A stretch of 64,000 nt of DNA from Eledone cirrhosa (taxonomy: Eukaryota): NCBI GenBank assembly GCA_964016885.1, contig OZ024745.1, positions 2,108,001 to 2,172,000 on the forward strand, given 5' to 3'. Numbering within the stretch: the stretch's first letter is position 1; the number at the start of each line of letters is the position of its first letter. Below the pieces are notes generated by a model. It did not search any database. It was not told where the DNA came from and worked only from the letters and a program-made list of their open reading frames with translations. Made by a program: the position numbers and the translations under genes. Positions 26,901 through 44,900 of the stretch are shown one piece after another.

Positions 26901-29900
26901 ATATCCTATATATAAGATATTTGACCTGCCTATATATAGAATATCCTATATATAAGATATTTGACCTGCCTATCTAGAGAATATCCTATATATAAGACAT
27001 TTGACCTGCCTATATATAGAATATCCTATATATAAGACATTTGACCTCCCTATATATAGAATATCCGATATATAAGACATTTGACCTGCCTATATATAGA
27101 ATATCCTATATATAAGATATTTGACCTGCTTATATATAGAATACCCTATATATAAGATATTTGACCTGCCTATATATAGAATACCCTATATATAAGACAT
27201 TAGACCAGCCTATATATAAGATATCCTATATATAAGACATTTGACCTCCCTATATATAAAATAACCTATGTATAAGACATTTGACCAGCCTATATATAAG
27301 ATATCCTATATATAAGACATTTGACCAGCCTATATATAAAATATCCTATATATAAGACATATGACCAGCCTATATATAAAATAACCTATGTATAAGACAT
27401 TTGACCAGCCTATATATAGAATGTCCTATATATAAGACATTTGACCTGCCTATATATAGAATATCCTATATATAAGACATTTGACCAACCTATATATAGA
27501 ATGTTCTATATATAAGACATTTGACCAGCCTATATATAAAATATCCTATATATAAGACATTTGACCAGCCTATATATAGAGTACCCTATATATAAGACAT
27601 TTGACCAGCCTATATATAAAATATCCTATATATAAGACATTTGACCTGTCTATATATAGAATATCCTATATATAAGACATTTGACCTGCCTATATATAGA
27701 ATATCCTATATATAAGACATTTGACCAGCCCATATATAAAATATCCTATATATAAGACATTTGACCTTCCTAAATATAGAATATCCTATATATAAGACAT
27801 TTGACCAGCCTATATATAGAATATCCTATATATAAGATAGTTGACAAGCCTATATATAGAATATCCTATATATAAGATATTTGACCTGCCTATCTAGAGA
27901 ATATCCTATATATAAGACATTTGACCTGCCTATATATAGAATATCCTATATATAAGACATTTGACCTGCCTATATATAGAATATCCTACATATAATTCAT
28001 TTGACCTACCTATATATAGAATATCCTATAGATAAGACATTTGACCTCCCTATATATAGAATATCCTATATATACGACATTTGACCTGCCTATATGTAGA
28101 ATATCCTATATATAAGATATTTGACCTGCCTATATATAGAATATCCTATATATAAGATATTTGACCTGCCTATCTAGAGAATATCCTATATATAAGACAT
28201 TTGACCTGCCTATATATAGAATATCCTATATATCAGACATTTGACCTGCCTATATATAGAATATCCTATATATAAGATATTTGACCTGCCTATATATAGA
28301 ATGCCCTATATATAAGATATTTGACCTGCCTATATATAGAATACCCTATATATAAGACATTAGACCAGCCTATATATAAGATATCCTATATATAAGACAT
28401 TTGACCTCCCTATATATAAAATAACCTATGTATAAGACATTTGACCAGTCTATATATAAGATATCCTATATATAAGACATTTGACCAGCCTATATATAAA
28501 ATAACCTATGTATAAGACATTTGACCAGCCTATATATAAGATATCCTATATATAAGACATTTGACCTCCCTATATATAAAATAACCTATGTATAAGACAT
28601 TTGACCAGTCTATATATAAGATATCCTATATATAAGACATTTGACCAGCCTATATATTGAATATCCTATATATAAGACATTTGACCAGCCTATATATAAA
28701 ATATCCTACATATAAGACATTTGACCTCCCTATATATAGAATATCCTATATATAAGACATTTGACCAGCCTATATATAAAATAACCTATGTATAAGACAT
28801 TTGATCAGCCTGTATATAGAATACCCTATATATAAGACATTTGACCTACCTATATATAAAATAACCTATGTATAAGACATTTGACCAGCCTATATATAAA
28901 ATATCCTATATATAAGACATTTGACCAGCGTATATACAAAATAACCTATGTATAAGACATTTGACCAGCCTATATATAGAATACCCTATATATAAGACAT
29001 TTGACCTCCCTATATATAGAATATCCTATATATAAGACATTTGACCAGCCTATATATAAAATATCCTATATATAAGACATATGACCAGCCTATATATAAA
29101 ATAACCTATGTATAAGACATTTGACCAGCCTATATATAGAATGTCCTATATATAAGACATTTGACCTGCCTATATATAGAATATCCTATATATAAGACAT
29201 TTGACCAACCTATATATAGAATGTCCTATATATAAGACATTTGACCAGCCTATATATAAAATATCCTATATATAAGACATTTGACCAGCCTATATATAGA
29301 GTACCCTATATATAAGACATTTGACCAGCCTATATATAAAATATCCTATATATAAGACATTTGACCTGTCTATATATAGAATATCCTATATATAAGACAT
29401 TTGACCTGCCTATATATAGAATATCCTATATATAAGACATTTGACCAGCCCATATATAAAATATCCTATATATGACATTTGACCTTCCTAAATATAGAAT
29501 ATCCTATATATAAGACATTTGACCAGCCTATATATAGAATATCCTATATATAAGATATTTGACAAGCCTATATATAGAATATCCTATATATAAGATATTT
29601 GACCTGCCTATCTAGAGAATATCCTATATATAAGACATTTGACCTGCCTATATATAGAATATCCTATATATAAGACATTTGACCTCCCTATATATAGAAT
29701 ATCCTATATATAAGACATTTGACCTGCCTATATATAGAATATCCTACATATAATTCATTTGACCTACCTATATATAGAATATCCTATAGATAAGACATTT
29801 GACCAGCCTATATATAGAATATCCTATATATACGACATTTGACCTGCCTATATATAGAATATCCTATATATAAGACATTTGACCAGCCTATATATAGAAT

Positions 29901-32900
29901 ACCCTATATAAAAGACATTTGACCTGCCTATATATAGAATATCCTATATATAAGACATTTGACCTGCCTATATATAGAATATCCTACATATAAGACATTT
30001 GACCAGCCTATATATAGAATACCCTATATATAAGACATTTGACCTCCCTATATATAGAATATCCTATATATACGACATTTGACCTGCCTATATGTAGAAT
30101 ATCCTATATATAAGATATTTGACCTGCCTATATATAGAATATCCTATATATAAGATATTTGACCTGCCTATCTAGAGAATATCCTATATATAAGACATTT
30201 GACCTGCCTATATATAGAATATCCTATATATAAGACATTTGACCTCCCTATATATAGAATATCCTATATATAAGACATTTGACCTGCCTATATATAGAAT
30301 ATCCTATATATAAGACATTTGACCAGCCTATATATAGAATACCCTATATAAAAGACATTTGACCTGCCTATCTAGAGAATATCCTATATATAAGACATTT
30401 GACCTGCCTATATATAGAGTATCCTATATATAAGACATTTGACCTCCCTATATATAGAATATCCGATATATAAGACATTTGACCTGCCTATATATAGAAT
30501 ATCCTATATATAAGATATTTGACCTGCTTATATATAGAATACCCTATATATAAGATATTTGACGTGCCTATATATAGAATACCCTATATATAAGACATTA
30601 GACCAGCCTATATATAAGATATCCTATATATAAGACATTTGACCTCCCTATATATAAAATAACCTATGTATAAGACATTTGACCAGTCTATATATAAGAT
30701 ATCCTATATATAAGACATTTGACCAGCCTATATATAAAATAACCTATGTATAAGACATTTGACCAGCCTATATATAGAATGTCCTATATATAAGACATTT
30801 GACCTGCCTATATATAGAATATCCTATATATAAGACATTTGACCAACCTATATATAGAATGTCCTATATATAAGACATTTGACCAGCCTATATATAAAAT
30901 ATCCTATATATAAGACATTTGACCTGTCTATATATAGAATATCCTATATATAAGACATTTGACCTGCCTATATATAGAATATCCTACATATAAGACATTT
31001 GACCAGCCTATATATAGAATATCCTATATATAAGACATTTGACCAGCCTATATATAAAATATCCTATATATAAGACATTTGACCTCCCTCTCTATAGAAT
31101 ATCCTATATATAAGACATTTGACCAGCCTATATATAAAATAACCTATGTATAAGACATTTGATCAGCCTGTATATAGAATACCCTATATATAAGACATTT
31201 GACCTGCCTATATATAAAATAACCTATGTATAAGACATTTGACCAGCCTATATATAGAATACCCTATATATAAGACATTTGACCTCCCTATATATAAAAT
31301 AACCTATGTATAAGACATTTGACCAGCCTATATATAAGATATCCTATATATAAGACATTTGACCAGCCTATATATAAAATATCCTATATATAAGACATAT
31401 GACCAGCCTATATATAAAATAACCTATGTATAAGACATTTGACCAGCCTATATATAGAATGTCCTATATATAAGACATTTGACCTGCCTATATATAGAAT
31501 ATCCTATATATAAGACATTTGACCAACCTATATATAGAATATCCTATATATAAGACATTTGACCAGCCTATATATAAAATATCCTATATATAAGACATTT
31601 GACCTGTCTATATATAGAATATCCTATATATGAGACATTTGACCTGCCTATATATAGAATATCCTATATATAAGACATTTGACCAGCCCATATATAAAAT
31701 ATCCTATATATAAGACATTTGACCTTCCTAAATATAGAATATCCTATATATAAGACATTTGACCAGCCTATATATAGAATATCCTATATATAAGATATTT
31801 GACAAGCCTATATATAGAATATCCTATATATAAGATATTTGACCTGCCTATCTAGAGAATATCCTATATATAAGACATTTGACCTGCCTATATATAGAAT
31901 ATCCTATATATAAGACATTTGACCTGCCTATATATAGAATATCCTACATATAATTCATTTGACCTACCTATATATAGAATATCCTATAGATAAGACATTT
32001 GACCAGCCTATATATAGAATATCCTATATATACGACATTTGACCTGCCTATATATAGAATATCCTATATATAAGACATTTGACCAGCCTATATATAGAAT
32101 ACCCTATATAAAAGACATTTGACCTGCCTATATATAGAATATCCTATATATAAGACATTTGACCTGCCTATATATAGAATATCCTACATATAAGACATTT
32201 GACCAGCCTATATATAGAATACCCTATATATAAGACATTTGACCTCCCTATATATAGAATATCCTATATATACGACATTTGACCTGCCTATATGTAGAAT
32301 ATCCTATATATAAGATATTTGACCTGCCTATATATAGAATATCCTATATATAAGATATTTGACCTGCCTATCTAGAGAATATCCTATATATAAGACATTT
32401 GACCTGCCTATATATAGAATATCCTATATATAAGACATTTGACCTCCCTATATATAGAATATCCTATATATAAGACATTTGACCTGCCTATATATAGAAT
32501 ATCCTATATATAAGATATTTGACCTGCCTATATATAGAATACCCTATATATAAGATATTTGACCTGCCTATATATAGAATAGCCTATATATAAGACATTA
32601 GACCAGCCTATATATAAGATATCCTATATATAAGACATTTGACCTCCCTATATATAAAATAACCTATGTATAAGACATTCGACCAGTCTATATATAAGAT
32701 ATCCTATATATAAGACATTTGACCAGCCTATATATAAAATAACCTATGTATAAGACATTTGACCAGCCTATATATAGAATGTCCTATATATGAGACATTT
32801 GACCTGCCTATATATAGAATATCCTATATATAAGACATATGACCAGCCTATATATAAAATAACCTATGTATAAGACATTTGACCAGCCTATATATAGAAT

Positions 32901-35900
32901 GTCCTATATATAAGACATTTGACCTGCCTATATATAGAATATCCTATATATAAGACATTTGACCAACCTATATATAGAATGTCCTATATATAAGACATTT
33001 GACCAGCCTATATATAAAATATCCTATATATAAGACATTTGACCTGTCTATATATAGAATATCCTATATATAAGACATTTGACCTGCCTATATATAGAAT
33101 ATCCTACATATAAGACATTTGACCAGCCTATATATAGAATATCCTATATATAAGACATTTGACCAGCCTATATATAAAATATCCTATATATAAGACATTT
33201 GACCTCCCTATATATAGAATATCCTATATATAAGACATTTGACCAGCCTATATATAAAATAACCTATGTATAAGACATTTGATCAGCCTGTATATAGAAT
33301 ACCCTATATATAAGACATTTGACCTGCCTATATATAAAATAACCTATGTATAAGACATTTGACCAGCCTATATATAAAATATCCTATATATAAGACATTT
33401 GACCAGCGTATATACAAAATAACCTATGTATAAGACATTTGACCAGCCTATATATAGAATACCCTATATATAAGACATTTGACCTCCCTATATATAGAAT
33501 ATCCTATATATAAGACATTTGACCAGCCTATATATAAAATATCCTATATATAAGACATTTGACCTCCCTATATATAAAATAACCTATGTATAAGACATTT
33601 GACCAGCCTATATATAAGATATACTATATATAAGACATTTGACCAGCCTATATATAAAATATCCTATATATAAGACATATGACCAGCCTATATATAAAAT
33701 AACCTATGTATAAGACATTTGACCAGCCTATATATAGAATGTCCTATATATAAGACATTTGACCTGCCTATATATAGAATATCCTATATATAAGACATTT
33801 GACCAACCTATATATAGAATGTCCTATATATAAGACATTTGACCAGCCTATATATAAAATATCCTATATATAAGACATTTGACCAGCCTATATATAGAGT
33901 ACCCTATATATAAGACATTTGACCAGCCTATATATAAAATATCCTATATATAAGACATTTGACCTGTCTATATATAGAATATCCTATATATAAGACATTT
34001 GACCTGCCTATATATAGAATATCCTATATATAAGACATTTGACCAGCCCATATATAAAATATCCTATATATGACATTTGACCTTCCTAAATATAGAATAT
34101 CCTATATATAAGACATTTGACCAGCCTATATATAGAATATCCTATATATAAGATATTTGACAAGCCTATATATAGAATATCCTATATATAAGATATTTGA
34201 CCTGCCTATCTAGAGAATATCCTATATATAAGACATTTGACCTGCCTATATATAGAATATCCTATATATAAGACATTTGACCTCCCTATATATAGAATAT
34301 CCTATATATAAGACATTTGACCTGCCTATATATAGAATATCCTACATATAATTCATTTGACCGACCTATATATAGAATATCCTATAGATAAGACATTTGA
34401 CCAGCCTATATATAGAATATCCTATATATACGACATTTGACCTGCCTATATATAGAATATCCTATATATAAGACATTTGACCAGCCTATATATAGAATAC
34501 CCTATATAAAAGACATTTGACCTGCGTATATATAGAATATCCTATATATAAGACATTTGACCTGCCTATATATAGAATATCCTATATATAAGACATTTGA
34601 CCAGCCTATATATAGAATACCCTATATATAAGACATTTGACCTCCCTATATATAGAATATCCTATGTATACGACATTTGACCTGCCTATATGTAGAATAT
34701 CCTATATATAAGATATTTGACCTGCCTATATATAGAATATCCTATATATAACATATTTGACCTGCCTATCTAGAGAATATCCTATATATAAGACATTTGA
34801 CCTGCCTATATATAGAATATACTATATATAAGACATTTGACCTCCCTATATATAGAATATCCTATATATAAGACATTTGACCTGCCTATATATAGAATAT
34901 CCTATATATAAGACATTTGACCAGCCTATATATAGAATACCCTATATAAAAGACATTTGACCTGCCTATATATAGAATATCCTATATATAAGACATTTGA
35001 CCTGCCTATATATAGAATATCCTACATATAAGACATTTGACCAGCCTATATATAGAATACCCTATATATAAGACATTTGATCTCCCTATATATAGAATAT
35101 CCTATATATACGACATTTGACCTGCCTATATGTAGAATATCCTATATATAAGATATTTGACCTGCCTATATATAGAATATCCTATATATAAGATATTTGA
35201 CCTGCCTATCTAGAGAATATCCTATATATAAGACATTTGACCTGCCTATATATAGAATATCCTATATATAAGACATTTGACCTCCCTATATATAGAATAT
35301 CCGATATATAAGACATTTGACCTGCCTATATATAGAATATCCTATATATAAGATATTTGACCTGCTTATATATAGAATACACTATATATAAGATATTTGA
35401 CCTGCCTATATATAGAATACCCTATATATAAGACATTAGACCAGCCTATATATAAGATATCCTATATATAAGACATTTGACCTCCCTATATATAAAATAA
35501 CCTATGTATAAGACATTTGACCAGTCTATATATAAGATATCCTATATATAAGACATTTGACCAGCCTATATATAAAATAACCTATGTATAAGACATTTGA
35601 CCAGCCTATATATAGAATGTCCTATATATGACATTTGACCTGCCTATATATAGAATATCCTATATATAAGACATATGACCAGCCTATATATAAAATAACC
35701 TATGTATAAGACATTTGACCAGCCTATATATAGAATGTCCTATATATAAGACATTTGACCTGCCTATATATAGAATATCCTATATATAAGACATTTGACC
35801 AACCTATATATAGAATGTCCTATATATGACATTTGACCAGCCTATATATAAAATATCCTATATATAAGACATTTGACCTGTCTATATATAGAATATCCTA

Positions 35901-38900
35901 TATATAAGACATTTGACCTGCCTATATATAGAATATCCTACATATAAGACATTTGACCCGCCTATATATAGAATATCCTATATATAAGACATTTGACCAG
36001 CCTATATATAAAATATCCTATATATAAGACATTTGACCTCCCTATATATAGAATATCCTATATATAAGACATTTGACCAGCCTATATATAAAATAACCTA
36101 TGTATAAGACATTTGATCAGCCTGTATATAGAATACCCTATATATAAGACATTTGACCTGCCTATATATAAAATAACCTATGTATAAGACATTTGACCAG
36201 CCTATATATAAAATATCCTATATATAAGACATTTGACCAGCGTATATACAAAATAACCTATGTATAAGACATTTGACCAGCCTATATATAGAATACCCTA
36301 TATATAAGACATTTGACCTCCCTATATATAGAATATCCTATATATAAGACATTTGACCAGCCTATATATAAAATATCCTATATATAAGACATTCGACCTC
36401 CCTATATATAAAATAACCTATGTATAAGACATTTGACCAGCCTATATATAAGATATCCTATATATAAGACATTTGACCAGCCTATATATAGAATATCCTA
36501 TATATAAGACATATGACCAGCCTATATATAAAATAACCTATGTATAAGACATTTGACCAGCCTATATATAGAATGTCCTATATATAAGACATTTGACCAA
36601 CCTATATATAGAATGTTCTATATATAAGACATTTGACCAGCCTATATATAAAATATCCTATATATAAGACATTTGACCAGCCTATATATAGAGTACCCTA
36701 TATATAAGACATTTGACCAGCCTATATATAAAATATCCTATATATAAGACATTTGACCTGTCTATATATAGAATATCCTATATATAAGACATTTGACCAG
36801 CCCATATATAAAATATCCTATATATAAGACATTTGACATTCCTAATTATAGAATATCCTATATATAAGACATTTGACCAGCCTATATATAGAATATCCTA
36901 TATATAAGATATTTGACAAGCCTATATATAGAATATCCTATATATAAGATATTTGACCTGCCTATCTAGAGAATATCCCATTATATAAGACATTTGACCT
37001 GCCTATATATAGAATATCCTATATATAAGACATTTGACCTGCCTATATATAGAATATCCTAGATATAATTCATTTGACCTACCTATATATAGAATATCCT
37101 ATAGATAAGACATTTGACCAGCCTATATATAGAATATCCTATATATACGACATTTGACCTGCCTATATATAGAATATCCTATATATAAGACATTTGACCA
37201 GCCTATATATAGAATACCCTATATAAAAGACATTTGACCTGCCTATATATAGAATATCCTATATATAAGACATTTGACCTGCCTATATATAGAATATCCT
37301 ACATATAAGACATTTGACCAGCCTATATATAGAATACCCTATATATAAGACATTTGACCTCCCTATATATAGAATATCCTATATATACGACATTTGACCT
37401 GCCTATATGTAGAATATCCTATATATAAGATATTTGACCTGCCTATATATAGAATATCCTATATATAAGATATTTGACCTGCCTATCTAGAGAATATCCT
37501 ATATATAAGACATTTGACCAGCCTATATATAAAATATCCTATATATAAGACATTTGACCTCCCTATATATAGAATATCCTATATATAAGACATTTGACCA
37601 GCCTATATATAAAATAACCTATGTATAAGACATTTGATCAGCCTGTATATAGAATACCCGATATATAAGACATTTGACCTGCCTATATATAAAATAACCT
37701 ATGTATAAGACATTTGACCAGCCTATATATAAAATATCCTATATATAAGACATTTGACCTCCCTATATATAAAATAACCTATGTATAAGACATTTGACCA
37801 GCCTATATATAAGATATCCTATATATAAGACATTTGACCAGCCTATATATAAAATATCCTATATATAAGACATATGACCAGCCTATATATAAAATAACCT
37901 ATGTATAAGACATTTGACCAGCCTATATATAGAATGTCCTATATATAAGACATTTGACCTGCCTATATATAGAATATCCTACATATAAGACATTTGACCA
38001 GCCTATATATAGAATATCCTATATATAAGACATTTGACCAACCTATATATAGAATGTCCTATATATAAGACATTTGACCAGCCTATATATAAAATATCCT
38101 ATATATAAGACATTTGACCAGCCTATATATAGAGTACCCTATATATAAGACATTTGACCAGCCTATATATAAAATATCCTATATATAAGACATTTGACCT
38201 GTCTATATATAGAATATCCTATATATAAGACATTTGACCTGCCTATATATAGAATATCCTATATATAAGACATTTGACCAGCCCATATATAAAATATCCT
38301 ATATATAAGACATTTGACCTTCCTAAATATAGAATATCCTATATATAAGACATTTGACCAGCCTATATATAGAATATCCTATATATAAGATATTTGACCA
38401 GCCTATATATAGAATATCCTATATATAAGATATTTGACCTGCCTATCTAGAGAATATCCTATATATAAGACATTTGACCTGCCTATATATAGAATATCCT
38501 ATATATAAGACATTTGACCTCCCTATATATAGAATATCCTATATATAAGACATTTGACCTTCCTATATATAGAATATCCTATATATAAGACATTTGACCT
38601 GCCTATATATAGAATATCCTACATATAAGTCATTTGACCTACCTATATATAGAATATCCTATAGATAAGACATTTGACCAGCCTATATATAGAATATCCT
38701 ATATATACGACATTTGACCTGCCTATATATAGAATATCCTATATATAAACATTTGAGCTGCCTATATATAGGATATCCTATATATAAGACATTTGACCAG
38801 CCTATATATAGAATATCCTATATATAAGACATTTGACCAGCCTATATATAGAATACCCTATATATAAGACATTTGACCTGCCTATATATAGAATATCCTA

Positions 38901-41900
38901 TATATAAGACATTTGACCAGCCTATATATAGAATATCCTATATATAAGACATTTGACCAGCCTATATATAGAATACCCTATATATAAGACATTTGACCTG
39001 CTTATATATAGAATATCCTATATATAAGACATTTGACCAGCCTATATATAGAATACCCTATATATAAGACATTTGACCTGCCTATATATAGAATATCCTA
39101 TATATAAGACATTTGACCTGCCTATATATAGAATATCCTATATATAAGACATTTGACCAGCCTATATATAGAATACCCTATATATAAGATATTTGACCTC
39201 CCTATATATAGAATATCCTATATATAAGATATTTGACCTGCCTATATATAGAATACCCTATATATAAGATATTTGACCTGCCTATATATAGAATACCCTA
39301 TATATAAGACATTTGACCAGCCTGTCTAAAGAATATCCTATATATAAACATTTGACCTGCCTATATATAGAACATCCTATATATAAGACATTTGACCAGC
39401 CTATATATAGAATACCCTATATATAAGACATTTGACCTGCCTATATATAGAATATCCTATATATAAGACATTTGACCTGCCTATATATAGAATATCCTAC
39501 ATATAAGACATTTGCCCAGCCTATATATAGAATACCCTATATATAAGACATTTGACCTGCCTATATATAGAATATCCTATATATAAGACATTTGTCTTGC
39601 CTATATATAGAATATCCTATATATACGACATTTGACCTGCCTATATATAGAATATCCTATATATAAGATATTTGACCTGCCTATATATAGAATATCCTAT
39701 ATATAAGATATTTGACCTGCCTATCTAGAGAATATCCTATATATAAGACATTTGACCTGCCTATATATAGAATATCCTACATATAAGACATTTGACCTCC
39801 CTATATATAGAATATCCTATATATAAGACATTTGACCTGCCTATATATAGAATATCCTATATATAAGATATTTGACCTGCCTATATATAGAATACCCTAT
39901 ATATAAGATATTTGACCTGCCTATATATAGAATACCCTATATATAAGACATTTGACCAGCCTATCTAAAGAATATCCTATATATAAACATTTGACCTGCC
40001 TATATATAGAATATCCTATATATAAGACATTTGACCAGCCTATATATAGAATACCCTATATATAAGACATTTGACCTGCCTATATATAGAATATCCTATA
40101 TATAAGATATTTGACCTGCTTATATATAGAATACCCTATATATAAGACATTTGACCAGCCTATCTAAGAATATCCTATATATAAACATTTGACCTGCCTA
40201 TATATAGAATATCCTATATATAAGACATTTGACCAGCCTATATATAGAATACCCTATATATAAGACATTTGACCTGCCTATATATAGAATATCCTATATA
40301 TAAGATATTTGACCTGCCTATATATAGAATACCCTATATATAAGATATTTGACCTGCCTATATATAGAATATCCTATATATAAGACATTTGTCTTGCCTA
40401 TATATAGAATATCCTATAGATAAGACATTTGACCAGCCTATATATAGAATATCCTATATATAAGACATTTGACCAGCCTATATATAGAATACCCTATATA
40501 TAAGACATTTGACCTGCCTATATATAGAATATCCTATATATAAGATATTTGACCTGCCTATATATAGAATACCCTATATATAAGATATTTGACCTGCCTA
40601 TATATAGAATATCCTATATATAAGACATTTGTCTTGCCTATATATAGAATATCCTATAGATAAGACATTTGACCAGACTATATATAAAATATCCTATATA
40701 TAAGACATATGACCAGCCTATATATAAAATAACCTATGTATAAGACATTTGACCAGCCTATATATAGAATGTCCTATATATAAGACATTTGAACTGCCTA
40801 TATATAGAATAACCTATATATAAGACATTTGACCAACCTATATATAGAATGTCCTATATATAAGACATTTGACCAGCCTATATATAAAATATCCTATATA
40901 TAAGACATTTGACCAGCCTATATATAGAGTACCCTATATATAAGACATTTGACCAGCCTATATATAAAATATCCTATATATAAGACATTTGACCTGTCTA
41001 TATATAGAATATCCTATATATAAGACATTTGACCTGCCTATATATAGAATATCCTATATATAAGACATTTGACCAGCCCATATATAAAATATCCTATATA
41101 TAAGACATTTGACCTTCCTAAATATAGAATATCCTATATATAAGACATTTGACCAGCCTATATATAGAATATCCTATATATAAGATATTTGACCAGCCTA
41201 TATATAGAATATCCTATATATAAGATATTTGACCTGCCTATCTAGAGAATATCCTATATATAAGACATTTGACCTGCCTATATATAGAATATCCTATATA
41301 TAAGACATTTGACCTCCCTATATATAGAATATCCTATATATAAGACATTTGACCTTCCTATATATAGAATATCCTATATATAAGACATTTGACCTGCCTA
41401 TATATAGAATATCCTACATATAAGTCATTTGACCTACCTATATATAGAATATCCTATAGATAAGACATTTGACCAGCCTATATATAGAATATCCTATATA
41501 TACGACATTTGACCTGCCTATATATAGAATATCCTATATATAAGACATTTGACCTGCCTATATATGGAATATCCTATATATAAACATTTGAGCTGCCTAT
41601 ATATAGGATATCCTATATATAAGACATTTGACCAGCCTATATATAGAATATCCTATATATAAGACATTTGACCAGCCTATATATAGAATACCCTATATAT
41701 AAGACATTTGACCTGCCTATATATAGAATATCCTATATATAAGACATTTGACCAGCCTATATATAGAATATCCTATATATAAGACATTTGACCAGCCTAT
41801 ATATAGAATAACCTATATATAAGACATTTGACCTGCCTATATATAGAATATCCTATATATAAGACATTTGACCAGCCTATATATAGAATACCCTATATAT

Positions 41901-44900
41901 AAGACATTTGACCTGCCTATATATAGAATATCCTATATATAAGACATTTGACCAGCCTATATATAGAATATCCTATATATAAGACATTTGACCAGCCTAT
42001 ATATAGAATACCCTATATATAAGACATTTGACCTGCCTATATATAGAATATCCTATATATAAGACATTTGACCAGCCTATATATAGAATACCCTATATAT
42101 AAGACATTTGACCAGCCTATCTAAAGAATATCCTATATATAAACATTTGACCTGCCTATATATAGAATATCCTATATATAAGACATTTGACCAGCCTATA
42201 TATAGAATACCCTATATATAAGACATTTGACCTGCCTATATATAGAATATCCTATATATAAGATATTTGACCTGCCTATATATAGAATACCCTATATATA
42301 AGACATTTGACCAGCCTATCTAAGAATATCCTATATATAAACATTTGACCTGCCTATATATAGAATATCCTATATATAAGACATTTGACCAGCCTATATA
42401 TAGAATACCCTATATATAAGACATTTGACCTGCCTATATATAGAATATCCTATATATAAGATATTTGACCTGCCTATATATAGAATACCCTATATATAAG
42501 ATATTTGACCTGCCTATATATAGAATATCCTATATATAAGACATTTGTCTTGCCTATATATAGAATATCCTATATATACGACATTTGACCTGCCTATATA
42601 TAGAATATCCTATATATAAGATATTTGACCTGCCTATATATAGAATATCCTATATATAAGATATTTGACCTGCCTATCTAGAGAATATCCTATATATAAG
42701 ACATTTGACCTGCCTATATATAGAATATCCTATATATAAGACATTTGACCTCCCTATATATAGAATATCCTATATATAAGACATTTGTCCTGCCTATATA
42801 TAGAATATCCTATATATACGACATTTGACCTGCCTATATATAGAATATCCTATATATAAGATATTTGACCTGCCTATATATAGAATATCCTATATATAAG
42901 ATATTTGACCTGCATATCTAGAGAGTACCCTATATATAAGACATTTGACCAGCCTATATATAAAATATCCTATATATAAGACATTTGACCTGTCTATATA
43001 TAGAATATCCTATATATAAGACATTTGACCTGCCTATATATAGAATATCCTATATATAAGACATTTGACCAGCCCATATATAAAATATCCTATATATAAG
43101 ACATTTGACCTTCCTAAATATAGAATATCCTATATATAAGACATTTGACCAGCCTATATATAGAATATCCTATATATAAGATATTTTACCAGCCTATATA
43201 TAGAATATCCTATATATAAGATATTTGACCTGCCTATCTAGAGAATATCCTATATATAAGACATTTGACCTGCCTATATATAGAATATCCTATATATAAG
43301 ACATTTGACCTCCCTATATATAGAATATCCTATAGATAAGACATTTGACCTTCCTATATATAGAATATCCTATATATAAGACATTTGACCTGCCTATATA
43401 TAGAATATCCTACATATAAGTCATTTGACCTACCTATATATAGAATATCCTATAGATAAGACATTTGACCAGCCTATATATAGAATATCCTATATATACG
43501 ACATTTGACCTGCCTATATATAGAATATCCTATATATAAGACATTTGACCTGCCTATATATGGAATATCCTATATATAAACATTTGAGCTGCCTATATAT
43601 AGGATATCCTATATATAAGACATTTGACCAGCCTATATATAGAATATCCTATATATAAGACATTTGACCAGCCTATATATAGAATACCCTATATATAAGA
43701 CATTTGACCTGCCTATATATAGAATATCCTATATATAAGACATTTGACCAGCCTATATATAGAATATCCTATATATAAGACATTTGACCAGCCTATATAT
43801 AGAATACCCTATATATAAGACATTTGACCTGCCTATATATAGAATATCCTATATATAAGACATTTGACCAGCCTATATATAGAATACCCTATATATAAGA
43901 CATTTGACCTGCCTATATATAGAATATCCTATATATAAGACATTTGACCTGCCTATATATAGAATATCCTATATATAAGACATTTGCCCAGCCTATATAT
44001 AGAATACCCTATATATAAGATATTTGACCTCCCTATATATAGAATATCCTATATATAAATATTTGACCTGCCTATATATAGAATACCCTATATATAAGAT
44101 ATTTGACCTGCCTATATATAGAATACCCTATATATAAGACATTTGACCAGCCTGTCTAAAGAATATCCTATATATAAACATTTGACCTGCCTATATATAG
44201 AACATCCTATATATAAGACATTTGACCAGCCTATATATAGAATACCCTATATATAAGACATTTGACCTGCCTATATATAGAATATCCTATATATAAGACA
44301 TTTGACCTGCCTATATATAGAATATCCTACATATAAGACATTTGCCCAGCCTATATATAGAATACCCTATATATAAGACATTTGACCTGCCTATATATAG
44401 AATATCCTATATATAAGACATTTGTCTTGCCTATATATAGAATATCCTATATATACGACATTTGACCTGCCTATATATAGAATATCCTATATATAAGATA
44501 TTTGACCTGCCTATATATAGAATATCCTATATATAAGATATTTGACCTGCCTATCTAGAGAATATCCTATATATAAGACATTTGACCTGCCTATATATAG
44601 AATATCCTATATATAAGACATTTGACCTCCCTATATATAGAATATCCTATATATAAGACATTTGACCTGCCTATATATAGAATATCCTATATATAAGATA
44701 TTTGACCTGCCTATATATAGAATACCCTATATATAAGATATTTGACCTGCCTATATATAGAATACCCTATATATAAGACATTTGACCAGCCTATCTAAAG
44801 AATATCCTATATATAAACATTTGACCTGCCTATATATAGAATATCCTATATATAAGACATTTGACCAGCCTATATATAGAATACCCTATATATAAGACAT

